Assembly (NCBI GenBank): GCA_964597265.1 | Contig: CAZQWJ010000002.1 | Span: forward strand, 12,250-74,882 | DNA: 62,633 nt | Reading direction: 5' to 3' | From: an uncultured Candidatus Saccharibacteria bacterium | GTDB lineage: Bacteria > Patescibacteriota > 4484-211 > JAGQKX01 | Shown: positions 39,918 to 48,432 of the stretch, in pieces | Layout of the letters: the number at the start of each line of letters is the position of its first letter | Position numbering within the stretch: the first letter of the stretch is position 1 | Made by a program: the position numbers and the translations under genes | Notes under the pieces: model-generated | The model's input: only the letters and a program-made list of their open reading frames with translations | What the model was told of the DNA's origin: nothing | The model's database searches: none

Positions 39918-41090
39918 ATGGCTCACACTGCTGACACGCTCGCCCGCGAAGCATTACACGCACACCAGTTACACAAAGGAAAAATAGCCCTGCACACCAA
40001 GACGTCTATCAACACCATTCAGGATTTGTCTTTGGCATATACTCCAGGTGTCGCTGCAGTATCCAAAGTTGTGGCGGATAACAAAGACCTTGTTTGGGAA
40101 TATACTGCACGAGGCAATTGGGTAGCAGTGGTGTCTGACGGCTCCGCTGTTTTGGGATTGGGTAATATCGGTCCGCAAGCTGCGCTACCCGTTATGGAAG
40201 GTAAAGCTGTGCTTTTCAAAGAATTTGCCGACGTTGATGCATTTCCTATTGTTCTGGACACACAAGATCCTGACGAAATAATTCGCATTGTCACCGCATT
40301 GGCACCAGGTTTTGGCGGGATCAACTTGGAAGATATTAGTGCCCCGAGGTGCTTTTACATAGAAAAGAAATTACAAGAACAGCTTGCGATTCCGGTCATG
40401 CACGACGATCAACATGGTACTGCTATTGTTGTTTTGGCTGGACTTCTTAATGCGCTCACGATTGTCCAAAAAAAGATTTCAGATGTTGTTATCGCGATCA
40501 ATGGCGCTGGTGCAGCCGGCACCGCTATCGCCAACATACTTGCCTCTCAAAATGCCAAAGACATTATCCTCGCAGATAGTCGAGGCATCATCTCTCGCCA
40601 CCGTACCGATCTAAACCCTGAAAAACAAGCACTGCTACACTATACCAATGCTACCAATCGATCCGGTGGCATTGCGGATCTCTTGCAGCACGCTGATGTA
40701 TTTATCGGCGTAAGCAAAGGCAACCTGGTCAATGGATCTATGATACAAACTATGGCAGACAACCCCATCGTATTCGCCCTCGCAAACCCTGATCCCGAGA
40801 TCCTGCCTGATGAGGCATATGCAGCTGGAGCAGTAGTAGTAGCGACTGGTAGAAGTGACCTTCCTAACCAAGTCAACAATGTATTGGCATTCCCTGGAGT
40901 TTTTCGAGGTGCTTTTGATGCACGGGCTCATGCTATCACCGAAGAGATGAAAATTGCTGCAGCACACGCCATAGCAGCATCCATTCCGCATCCATCCAAA
41001 GAACATATACTACCCAGCCCTTTGGACAAAACCGTGGCGCAGGCTGTAGCAAAAGCTGTCGCTAGTGTTGCCCCCAAAGATCGTTCATAA
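39918..41090 (+). CDS. NAD(P)-dependent malic enzyme (short, MaeB N-domain type)
   Basis: Start set to Met-54 of the ORF (MAHTADTL...). Blocks YTPGVA, VVSDGSAVLGLGNIG, FGGINLEDI, HDDQHGTA, GAGAAG. Confidence 0.85.
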   Translation: MAHTADTLAREALHAHQLHKGKIALHTKTSINTIQDLSLAYTPGVAAVSKVVADNKDLVWEYTARGNWVAVVSDGSAVLGLGNIGPQAALPVMEGKAVLFKEFADVDAFPIVLDTQDPDEIIRIVTALAPGFGGINLEDISAPRCFYIEKKLQEQLAIPVMHDDQHGTAIVVLAGLLNALTIVQKKISDVVIAINGAGAAGTAIANILASQNAKDIILADSRGIISRHRTDLNPEKQALLHYTNATNRSGGIADLLQHADVFIGVSKGNLVNGSMIQTMADNPIVFALANPDPEILPDEAYAAGAVVVATGRSDLPNQVNNVLAFPGVFRGAFDARAHAITEEMKIAAAHAIAASIPHPSKEHILPSPLDKTVAQAVAKAVASVAPKDRS

Positions 41091-41097
41091 CAAGCAT

Positions 41098-43011
41098 CTA
41101 GGTTAATACGGCCTTTACGCGACGCATGCCACGGCCGATGCTTTCCTGTTTGGTTATTTTGAAAACGCCCAATTCTCCCGTATGCGTGACATGCGGGCCA
41201 CCACAAAGTTCCATACTGTAAGGAGTGTCCTTGTCCGGGTCTGCGCCAATTGCGTAAACAGATACAGTGTCGGGATATTTTTCCTGAAAAAACGCCAAAG
41301 CGCCTTTGGCCAATGCGGAATCTTTGGGCATGGTTTTTTGGATAACAGGTAGATCCTCTTCTATTTTTGCATTGACAATCTGTTCCACCATTGCCACTTG
41401 TTCATCAGTCAATTTGTCCGGATGTGAAAAATCAAACCGTAATCGATCCTTGGTAATATTACTGCCGGTTTGTTGCACATGCTCGCCAAGCACCTCACGC
41501 AACGCTTTGTGTAGCAAGTGCGTTGCAGTGTGCAGGCGTGTAGTTTCTTGAGAATGATCCGCCAACCCTCCAGCAAAACGTCCGGCCGAAGCAGTGCGCG
41601 ATTTTTCTTTGTGGGTTTGACTTGCGTTTATAATTTCCTGTTCAACCTGCACTACTTGCTCGTCTGAAGTAAGAATGTTGTTTTTTCGTAAACGCGCCAC
41701 GGTAGCGCTTGTTGGTAAACCGTATGTCTCGTACATATAAAAGCCGAACTCACCTAACCCTTGTTGGTTACCATCAATCGTAACAACCGGCACGCCATCT
41801 TCTTCCCGCACTGTTTGTGCAACCTTATCAACAATCCGTAATCCCTTGGTGAGTACACGTTTGAATGCCTGCTCTTCTTCCTGTAACAGCGTGATAATAT
41901 CATCCGCTTGTTGGCGCATCTCAGGATATACGTCACCATAGTTGTTGATCACGGTTTCTGCCAACGCCGGTACAAACGGATGATTCATATCAAACCCAAG
42001 CTGTTCGCCATACTGCACCAACCGACGGATCACCCGCCGCATTACATACCCCTGTTCTTTGTTGGAAGGCGTTATGCCATCCATGGCCATGAATACGCTG
42101 CTGCGTGTATGTTCGGCAACGATACGAAACGCCCTCACCTCCTCGGTCAATGGTAACGGTGTCCATTCGCCCGGAGTCTGACGTGGATAGGAACTGCCCG
42201 AAAGTTCTTCAATTTTCTCGATGATGGGCAAAAACAACTCAGTCTGGTAATTGTCAGAGTACCCTTGCAGGGTAGCGATCGTGCGTTCTAGACCCATGCC
42301 GGTGTCAACGTTTTTCTGATCAAGCTCGGTGAAGTTGCCTTGCGCGTCTTTGGTGTATTGTGAAAACACATTGTTCCAGATCTCGACAAAACGCTCTGTA
42401 TGCTTAAACGCTTCCCCCGGAGTTTCACCATCGATTCCGCGTTCGGGCAAACGGTCAAAAAACATCTCACTATCCGGTCCGCACGGCCCGGTCAACCCTG
42501 CTGGTCCCCACCAGTTATCCTCTTTGCCCTGAGGAATAATTCGCTCTTCAGGGATGCCAAGCGACAGCCAGACATCTTTTGCCTCCTGGTCAAACGGTGC
42601 ATCATCGTCTCCTTCAAATATGGTTACCCACAGGCGCTCAGGATCAATACCCAACTCCTCGGTCAAAAACTCATACGACCATGTGAGTGCTTCTTTTTTG
42701 AAATAATCACCTAACGACCAGTTCCCCAACATATGAAACAACACATGATGAGAACTATCTCCGACGCTGTCATGAGCTGGTCCTTCCAAGTCGTTTGTTC
42801 GAATACATCGCTGTATCGATGCCAACCGCGTACCTAACGGGTGTGGCTCACCTGCCAAATATTTTTCTATCGGCTGCACACCGGAGTTAACAAACAGTGT
42901 GGTTGGGTCTTCTTTGGGCACCAAATTGACGTTGGGCACAACCGCGTGCCCATGTTGTGCAAAAAAGTCTAGATATTTTTGTACAAAATCCCATGGACTG
43001 ATAGTAAGCAT
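41098..43011 (-). CDS. alaS: Alanyl-tRNA synthetase, short form (637 aa)
   Basis: Class II catalytic core, editing-domain motifs HTATHLLH and CGGPHV. It ends about 40 aa after CGGPHV. Confidence 0.9.
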   Translation of the reverse strand: MLTISPWDFVQKYLDFFAQHGHAVVPNVNLVPKEDPTTLFVNSGVQPIEKYLAGEPHPLGTRLASIQRCIRTNDLEGPAHDSVGDSSHHVLFHMLGNWSLGDYFKKEALTWSYEFLTEELGIDPERLWVTIFEGDDDAPFDQEAKDVWLSLGIPEERIIPQGKEDNWWGPAGLTGPCGPDSEMFFDRLPERGIDGETPGEAFKHTERFVEIWNNVFSQYTKDAQGNFTELDQKNVDTGMGLERTIATLQGYSDNYQTELFLPIIEKIEELSGSSYPRQTPGEWTPLPLTEEVRAFRIVAEHTRSSVFMAMDGITPSNKEQGYVMRRVIRRLVQYGEQLGFDMNHPFVPALAETVINNYGDVYPEMRQQADDIITLLQEEEQAFKRVLTKGLRIVDKVAQTVREEDGVPVVTIDGNQQGLGEFGFYMYETYGLPTSATVARLRKNNILTSDEQVVQVEQEIINASQTHKEKSRTASAGRFAGGLADHSQETTRLHTATHLLHKALREVLGEHVQQTGSNITKDRLRFDFSHPDKLTDEQVAMVEQIVNAKIEEDLPVIQKTMPKDSALAKGALAFFQEKYPDTVSVYAIGADPDKDTPYSMELCGGPHVTHTGELGVFKITKQESIGRGMRRVKAVLT

Positions 43012-43060
43012 ATATACTCATTGTATCGTATATGACCTATACGCCTTATACGATTTATAA

Positions 43061-43089
43061 AACAAAAAAGCCCTTGCTCTCGCAAGGGT
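43061..43089 (-). terminator. Intrinsic terminator of the alaS T-box leader
   Basis: Minus RNA CCCUUGC-GAGA-GCAAGGG followed by CUUUUUUGUUUU. Confidence 0.8.
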
Positions 43090-43218
43090 CATTATGACGG
43101 TACCACCTTCTCTTTCACTCAGCCTGCTATTTCGGGCTTACCCGGAGAAGTTCGTCGGACGTTCCGATTCCTTCTCGCCTCAGGAGCGGCATATACCCCC
43201 GTCACCAGCATGTGTATT
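43061..43218 (-). promoter_or_regulatory. T-box riboswitch leader (tRNA-sensing antitermination) upstream of alaS
   Basis: Conserved T-box core AGGUGGUACCG (43098-43108). Alternative antiterminator: AAGG/CCUU helix, 7-nt bulge UGGUACC, and the GUCA-UAA-UGAC hairpin. Terminator follows. Upstream extended hairpin is a Stem I candidate. Confidence 0.8.
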
Positions 43219-43224
43219 TTCGTG

Positions 43225-43254
43225 ATCATACCATAGTGGTTTGATATGAAACAA
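43225..43254 (-). promoter_or_regulatory. Candidate promoter of the alaS leader (-35 TTGTTT, 18-bp spacer, extended -10 TGGTATGAT)
   Basis: Read on the minus strand: -10 at 43225-43230, TG at 43232-43233, -35 at 43249-43254. Confidence 0.45.
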
Positions 43255-43280
43255 TATGCACATGGTAATCGGTCCAAACC

Positions 43281-44285
43281 CTACTCATTGTGATTTTTGA
43301 ACACACTCCGTACGATTTCCTCAATTGGCGTATCTTCTATAGTAAGGTCTGCCACAGGAAACTCCGCCAATAGTCGTGCAGCACGTTGCGAGGTTTCTGC
43401 ACGCGGCACCTCCAATTCTACGCGAGGCAGGTCCATGGTTTTGATGTGACCAATTTCTGCCAGCTTCTCTCGAGAAATCCCCTCATCAGACGAAAAAACA
43501 ACTTTCAGATGTTTATGTGTGGCATATTTTTCGATTATTTGCTGCAGCGGCCCATCAAACCCCACGTGGCCCTGATCGATCATAATCACACGTTCACATA
43601 ACTCTTTGATATCTCCCATGTAATGGCTTGTCAAAATGATCGTAGCTCCGTATTTTTTGTTATAGTCCTTGATAAACTCTCTCATCTTTTGTTGCATGAC
43701 CACATCCAACCCTATTGTGGGCTCATCAAGAAACAATACACGCGGCCGGTGCAAAAGCGCTGCGATGAGTTCAGCCTTCATACGCTGCCCCAGTGATAAT
43801 TTTCTTACTTGTACCGTGAGATGATTTTCCATCTCAAGCATTGCTACCAAATCATCGCGCATTGCCTGAAACTGCTCGTCAGACACCTCATAAATCTCTT
43901 TGTTCAGATTGAACGATTCAATAGCTGGCAGATCCCACCATAACTGATTCTTTTGTCCCATTACCAGGGAAAATTGTTTTTGGAATTCACTTTTGCGTTC
44001 CCATGGTACGAATCCCATAACAGACACAGTACCACTTGTTGGATACAATAATCCTGACAACACCTTGAGTGTTGTGGTTTTGCCTGCACCATTAGGGCCG
44101 ATGAACCCGATCAATTCTCCTTCCTCTATCGTAAAAGAAATATCATCCACGGCCTTGACTGTTTCGTAAGTACGCGCAAACAGGGATCGAATTGATCCGC
44201 CAAGCCCAGGATTTTTCTTATGAACCTGGTAGAATTTGCTCAAACGATCTACTGAGATAATTGACATAGAAGGATTGTACTCCAT
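43281..44285 (-). CDS. ABC transporter ATP-binding protein (ABC-2 type, with a C-terminal accessory domain)
   Basis: 334 aa with Walker A GPNGAGKTT, signature LSLGQ, Walker B VLFLDEPTIGLD. An alternative start is Met-7 (44267). Confidence 0.9.
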   Translation of the reverse strand: MEYNPSMSIISVDRLSKFYQVHKKNPGLGGSIRSLFARTYETVKAVDDISFTIEEGELIGFIGPNGAGKTTTLKVLSGLLYPTSGTVSVMGFVPWERKSEFQKQFSLVMGQKNQLWWDLPAIESFNLNKEIYEVSDEQFQAMRDDLVAMLEMENHLTVQVRKLSLGQRMKAELIAALLHRPRVLFLDEPTIGLDVVMQQKMREFIKDYNKKYGATIILTSHYMGDIKELCERVIMIDQGHVGFDGPLQQIIEKYATHKHLKVVFSSDEGISREKLAEIGHIKTMDLPRVELEVPRAETSQRAARLLAEFPVADLTIEDTPIEEIVRSVFKNHNE

Positions 44286-44296
44286 TCATATACAAT

Positions 44297-45151
44297 ATGA
44301 GCATGCGTTCGTTCGCTTTTACGCAGAACAACTTACGCCCCAGTCAGACGCATCGACAACCCGAGGATGTAGTGCTGTTAGAACAAGACGTGTTCTGTGT
44401 ATGTGATGGTATTACACTGCTATTTCAGGATCCATACCCGAATCCATCGCTAGCCTACGAAGCGTCCAATATTGCGGCACGAACTATCGGACAGACCCTG
44501 CTGGAAGCGATACAGCATCACCCTGATGGCATTCCTTCTCTTAGACAGGCCTTCACACAGGCGAATCAAGCAGTGCACGTATACAACAACAGTCTTGGAT
44601 TGACCAATCAAACCGTTGACTTTATTACCAAACAATATGCCGCCACTGTCTGCGCGTTTGGATATTATCATGGCAATACACTTTACTTTGGTCAACTCAA
44701 CGATTGCGGTGTTATGGTTTTTGACCCGTATGGCAACAGGGAGGTCGATTTTACCCAGAACCAACAACCACTACGCAACCTCCTCGATCATAAGACAAAC
44801 ACAGGTGCATTTGAACCCGGAAGCAAAGAAGAGCATCTGTTTGTGAGAAAACATATCGTAAATAAACGTGATCTCACGTTTGAAGAGGAACCAATACTGT
44901 TTGGGGTCATGACTGGCGAACCAGAAGCAGAACACTTCTTTCACTATGGTGCCAGTCAGGTTTTTCCCGGACAGGTGGCCTTCTTTTATACCGATGGATT
45001 TTTGCCGTACGTGTATGGTGACGACTTCATCACAACCATACGTTCAGATGATGATGAGTTTTCAGCTACACAAGCGTTTATCAAACAAAAAGAAGACACC
45101 GGCGATGAAGCCTACCTCAAGGAAAAATCTATCATTATTCTCGTGTTTTGA
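44297..45151 (+). CDS. Hypothetical protein, possibly a divergent PP2C/SpoIIE-like phosphatase fold
   Basis: 284 aa. VFCVCDGIT, FFYTDGF and C-terminal KSIIILVF loosely resemble PPM motifs. This is a weak call from memory. Confidence 0.35.
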   Translation: MSMRSFAFTQNNLRPSQTHRQPEDVVLLEQDVFCVCDGITLLFQDPYPNPSLAYEASNIAARTIGQTLLEAIQHHPDGIPSLRQAFTQANQAVHVYNNSLGLTNQTVDFITKQYAATVCAFGYYHGNTLYFGQLNDCGVMVFDPYGNREVDFTQNQQPLRNLLDHKTNTGAFEPGSKEEHLFVRKHIVNKRDLTFEEEPILFGVMTGEPEAEHFFHYGASQVFPGQVAFFYTDGFLPYVYGDDFITTIRSDDDEFSATQAFIKQKEDTGDEAYLKEKSIIILVF

Positions 45152-45170
45152 GCGGTTGATGGCTGAGCAA

Positions 45171-45179
45171 TGTTATAAT
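45171..45179 (+). promoter_or_regulatory. Candidate extended -10 promoter (TGTTATAAT) for tRNA-Cys
   Basis: Consensus TGnTATAAT lies 32 nt upstream of the mature tRNA 5-prime end. Confidence 0.5.
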
Positions 45180-45210
45180 ACATCTGCCTTGGTGTAGATC
45201 AAAACAACAA

Positions 45211-45285
45211 GGCCCGGTGGCCAAGTGGTAAGGCATGAGTCTGCAAAACTCTTATACGGGGGTTCGATTCCCCCCCGGGCCTCCA
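45211..45285 (+). tRNA. tRNA-Cys (GCA), CCA encoded
   Basis: Hand-folded: acceptor GGCCCGG/CCGGGCC, anticodon loop CUGCAAA, T arm GGGGG-UUCGAUU-CCCCC, discriminator U73 (a Cys identity element), 3-bp D stem. Confidence 0.9.
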
Positions 45286-45294
45286 GAACATCCT

Positions 45295-46095
45295 CTAGCT
45301 ACTCGCAGACGAATACCGGCTGATCATAGACTGCCACACTCGTATCAAGACAATCCAAAAACTAACTGCCAGGCCAATAGCACTCACCAGATACCACCAG
45401 TTGATTCCTTTCAATATCACACTTGTCGGAATACTCGCTATGAAGACAACCGGAATTATGATAAAAAACGCTAATCGAAGCAGACCGGAAGCATATACAG
45501 TATGCGGGTTCTGGGCAAATCCAAGCAAATTTACCGCAACCTCAGGCAAGAAGTGAGCGTTGATAAATATGAACGAAAGCGAACTTAGTATCACCAAACA
45601 ACAGTATGCAATACTCATCCCACACACAACAATGATGCTCGCCACCAGAACTGCTGACAATTGTAACGGTGTGCCTATCTGAATAAGCGCATATCCCATC
45701 AGAAAAAAGCCTGGAACTACAGATAAAAGGCTGGCAACATATGGCTGCGCAAACGTCAAACTAAAAAGAGAATGCAATGGCTTGACCAACACCATATCTA
45801 TATCACCCTTTGCAATACGCTCTGGCAATATCCTCAGACTCCACACATAAAACAACGCAAGTAGTAGCTGAAAGACAACGATGTTCAGACCAACCAGAAA
45901 CAATACCTCGTGATATGTCCAACCGGCCACGGTATTAACATTGGCATAAATGACGTGAAAGAAGAATAACGTCCACACCATGTACCCTATCTCGACAAAG
46001 ACCTCTACAAAAAAACTTGTACGATACATCATCGTCGTCATAAGCCCAAACTGCACATATTGAAGATAGATTCGTAGATATTTTTTAGCCACCAT
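45295..46095 (-). CDS. ABC-2 type transporter permease
   Basis: Polytopic protein with about 6 TM segments. Start set to the ATG at 46095 (MVAKKYLRIY), overlapping the upstream stop by 11 nt; the ORF-track start 46131 is TTG. Confidence 0.75.
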   Translation of the reverse strand: MVAKKYLRIYLQYVQFGLMTTMMYRTSFFVEVFVEIGYMVWTLFFFHVIYANVNTVAGWTYHEVLFLVGLNIVVFQLLLALFYVWSLRILPERIAKGDIDMVLVKPLHSLFSLTFAQPYVASLLSVVPGFFLMGYALIQIGTPLQLSAVLVASIIVVCGMSIAYCCLVILSSLSFIFINAHFLPEVAVNLLGFAQNPHTVYASGLLRLAFFIIIPVVFIASIPTSVILKGINWWYLVSAIGLAVSFWIVLIRVWQSMISRYSSASS

Positions 46096-46882
46096 ACGCA
46101 CCGTATTTTTGGATACCTTTTCTCCAAACAATACTACTTAGTACAACCAGAATTAGTAGCCACATTGTTAATGCAGCTAGATCATGCCCTAGCATAGTTA
46201 GCTCGCGATTGCCCATCATATAGCTCAGCGGCACATAGTAAAAGTATTGGAATGGGAATAATTCCAGCACAACACGCCAATGATCGGGCACAAATTCGAA
46301 CGGAAAGCTCAATCCTCCCAATATACCTAAGATGATAAATTTGAAATGCCTAAAAGCCCACACATCGTCAGTCCAAAATGCCAGTCCGGCAATTCCAAAA
46401 TCAAGAAAAAAGTGTAATACATACGCTACAAGTGCTATAGCCATACCCAGCACAAACAGATGCCACGTGACCAATCCCTCCCGAAACACCCCCAGCACAA
46501 CCACGAGGAGTACTAGATACACAGGGGAAAGCAGCGATAACGTATACAATTTTTCAGCGCTGGAACGAATAAAAGAAACAACCCAGAGACGATACGGTTT
46601 TAATAAATAAGCCGAGAGCAAACCATCTTTTATCTCCCTACCAAGGACCTCTGCTATTTTGACACTTGTAACAAAACCAACAAACGGAACCAGTACGTAA
46701 TACAAGACTGTTTGTGACAATGAATATCCTCCGATTTCTTGCTCTGTTCTGTAAACCGCAATCCATAATGTAAGAACCATTCCCATCCCAATAAGCTCGC
46801 TGATGATCAATCCCACGATGTTGGAACGATATTCCAATGAAACTGCCACGTAATTGTTAAAAACACTGAGGTATTTTCGCAT
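46085..46882 (-). CDS. ABC-2 type transporter permease
   Basis: Polytopic protein. Start set to the ATG at 46882 (MRKYLSVF); the ORF-track start 46912 is TTG. Confidence 0.75.
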   Translation of the reverse strand: MRKYLSVFNNYVAVSLEYRSNIVGLIISELIGMGMVLTLWIAVYRTEQEIGGYSLSQTVLYYVLVPFVGFVTSVKIAEVLGREIKDGLLSAYLLKPYRLWVVSFIRSSAEKLYTLSLLSPVYLVLLVVVLGVFREGLVTWHLFVLGMAIALVAYVLHFFLDFGIAGLAFWTDDVWAFRHFKFIILGILGGLSFPFEFVPDHWRVVLELFPFQYFYYVPLSYMMGNRELTMLGHDLAALTMWLLILVVLSSIVWRKGIQKYGAYGG

Positions 46883-46957
46883 AATCAGCAATACCCTCGT
46901 ATTTTCGCACAAGTCACACGTTGGATAAATGGGTGTAAGAGTTTACAAAGAAGAGAA

Positions 46958-47359
46958 TCAACGTATCCCCTTGAAGCGGGTAGGGGTCTTTCTGGCGGCT
47001 TTTTTTGTTGGAACGGGTTCGTCAGCCAAAGATTCTTCAGCCACTTCAATCACTGCATCAGCCAGTCCGGCAACCGCATCCGCACCTGAGCTTATCTTTT
47101 CTGCAGCTATTTTGATGTTTTCTTTGGCTTCATGCTCAATGTCGGATGACACTTTTGTTGCAACAGTAGAAATATTTTCTTGCCAGTCGGACAAATTTAC
47201 TTTCTCACTTAATGTTTGTATACGCTTTTTGACATTTTTTCTAGTTTTTTCGCCACTATCAGGCGCCAAAAACACTGCTGCTACCGCGCCTGCTATCGCA
47301 CCCACTACCATGCCGTACAAAAACGAATTGTCAGGTCCACCACGTTTGGTATCTTTCAT
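46958..47359 (-). CDS. YtxH-like protein
   Basis: Start set to Met-68 (MKDTKRGG), 2 nt after the upstream stop. Contains the G-x3-G-x3-G...LAPDSGEKTR motif. Confidence 0.7.
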   Translation of the reverse strand: MKDTKRGGPDNSFLYGMVVGAIAGAVAAVFLAPDSGEKTRKNVKKRIQTLSEKVNLSDWQENISTVATKVSSDIEHEAKENIKIAAEKISSGADAVAGLADAVIEVAEESLADEPVPTKKAARKTPTRFKGIR

Positions 47360-47360
47360 A

Positions 47361-47717
47361 TTACTCCTCTTCGTCAGATGATTCATCCTTATCATCTGCC
47401 AGATACGATTTAAACAATGAACGGACCAATCCAAAGGTCGCCAAACCCGAAACGAGCGGTGTTGCCAATCCTTCCTTGAGATTGCTAGCAGCTCCTTGGA
47501 CTTCTTTGAGACTTTCACGTACATGTTGAGTTCCTGCGGTAATATTCGAGGCTGATTCATGGAATTCTTCCAGAATCACGTTCACGTTCTCAATACCTTT
47601 TCGCAGTTCGCGGAGGATAAAATAAAACTGAACCCCAACTAACGTCAGGGTACCACCAATGACGATGATGAGGATAAGAAGCAATATTTGTGAGGCATCC
47701 AAAGCTGAGTCAAACAT
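47361..47717 (-). CDS. DUF948-like membrane-anchored coiled-coil protein (YtxG-like)
   Basis: Start set to Met-32 (MFDSALDASQILLLILIIVIGG...). N-terminal TM plus helical region. Same gene order as Bacillus ytxG-ytxH, as I recall it. Confidence 0.5.
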   Translation of the reverse strand: MFDSALDASQILLLILIIVIGGTLTLVGVQFYFILRELRKGIENVNVILEEFHESASNITAGTQHVRESLKEVQGAASNLKEGLATPLVSGLATFGLVRSLFKSYLADDKDESSDEEE

Positions 47718-47784
47718 ATGGGCAGTGGTTCTAGTATGTCCTAAGTGTACCGTGAAACTGTGGGTTGAACAAGTCCAGGTTTGC

Positions 47785-48432
47785 CTACCGTTGCCCCTCC
47801 CCGCCCGCAACCACCTGCACTGCCCGTTCTAGAATGGTTTCTTTGCCAATATTACTTCTGGCTACGACGGTAATGCGATTATGTCCCTCTTGCAATGTCA
47901 ATGTCACCTGGAATGTCCCCTCCGCGGTTACCATCACTAACTGGCCATTCACTAAAACCGTTGCCTCAGGATCTGTTTTGCCTATTACATTGACAAACTG
48001 GCTCTGTACCACCGCTTGATCAGGCGGATAGTCAATGACAAGCACCGGACGACCGGCAAATTGTTGATACTGCCAAAACAACACCCCAAAGAATGCCAGC
48101 AGCAAAAACGTTCCTACTACAGTAAGTAGTTTGCCCGGCGTGATGATAAGGCCTGTACGCTTGATCGGTTGTGGAGGCGTGCGTTCTTCCTGGTCCTGCA
48201 TATCATATTCACGACGAAAAAATGCCAACGCCTTGTCGACGTCTAACTTGAGAGCCTGGGCATACGCTTTGACAAACCCTTGCACATACATGCGGCTAGG
48301 CAAAAACTGATACTCGCCTTTTTCCAAATAATCCAAGATGCCTGGACGTATTTTGGTTTTCTCAGCGATCTGTTCTAGCGACTTGTGTTGTTTGAGACGC
48401 TCTTGGCGTAACAATTCTCCGACGGTTTTCAT
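47785..48432 (-). CDS. rodZ: RodZ-like HTH membrane protein
   Basis: 215 aa with an N-terminal XRE-type HTH (GELLRQERLKQHKSLEQIAEKTKI), a single TM and an external beta-rich domain. Confidence 0.6.
   Translation of the reverse strand: MKTVGELLRQERLKQHKSLEQIAEKTKIRPGILDYLEKGEYQFLPSRMYVQGFVKAYAQALKLDVDKALAFFRREYDMQDQEERTPPQPIKRTGLIITPGKLLTVVGTFLLLAFFGVLFWQYQQFAGRPVLVIDYPPDQAVVQSQFVNVIGKTDPEATVLVNGQLVMVTAEGTFQVTLTLQEGHNRITVVARSNIGKETILERAVQVVAGGEGQR

Noticed and set aside
43120-43200. A structured GA-rich RNA (GAGAAGGAAUCGGAACG...) that I first considered as an SRP (4.5S) RNA or another small RNA.
   Set aside because: It lacks the SRP domain IV GGAA-tetraloop context. It sits directly upstream of a T-box core, antiterminator and terminator, so it is better explained as Stem I of the alaS T-box leader.
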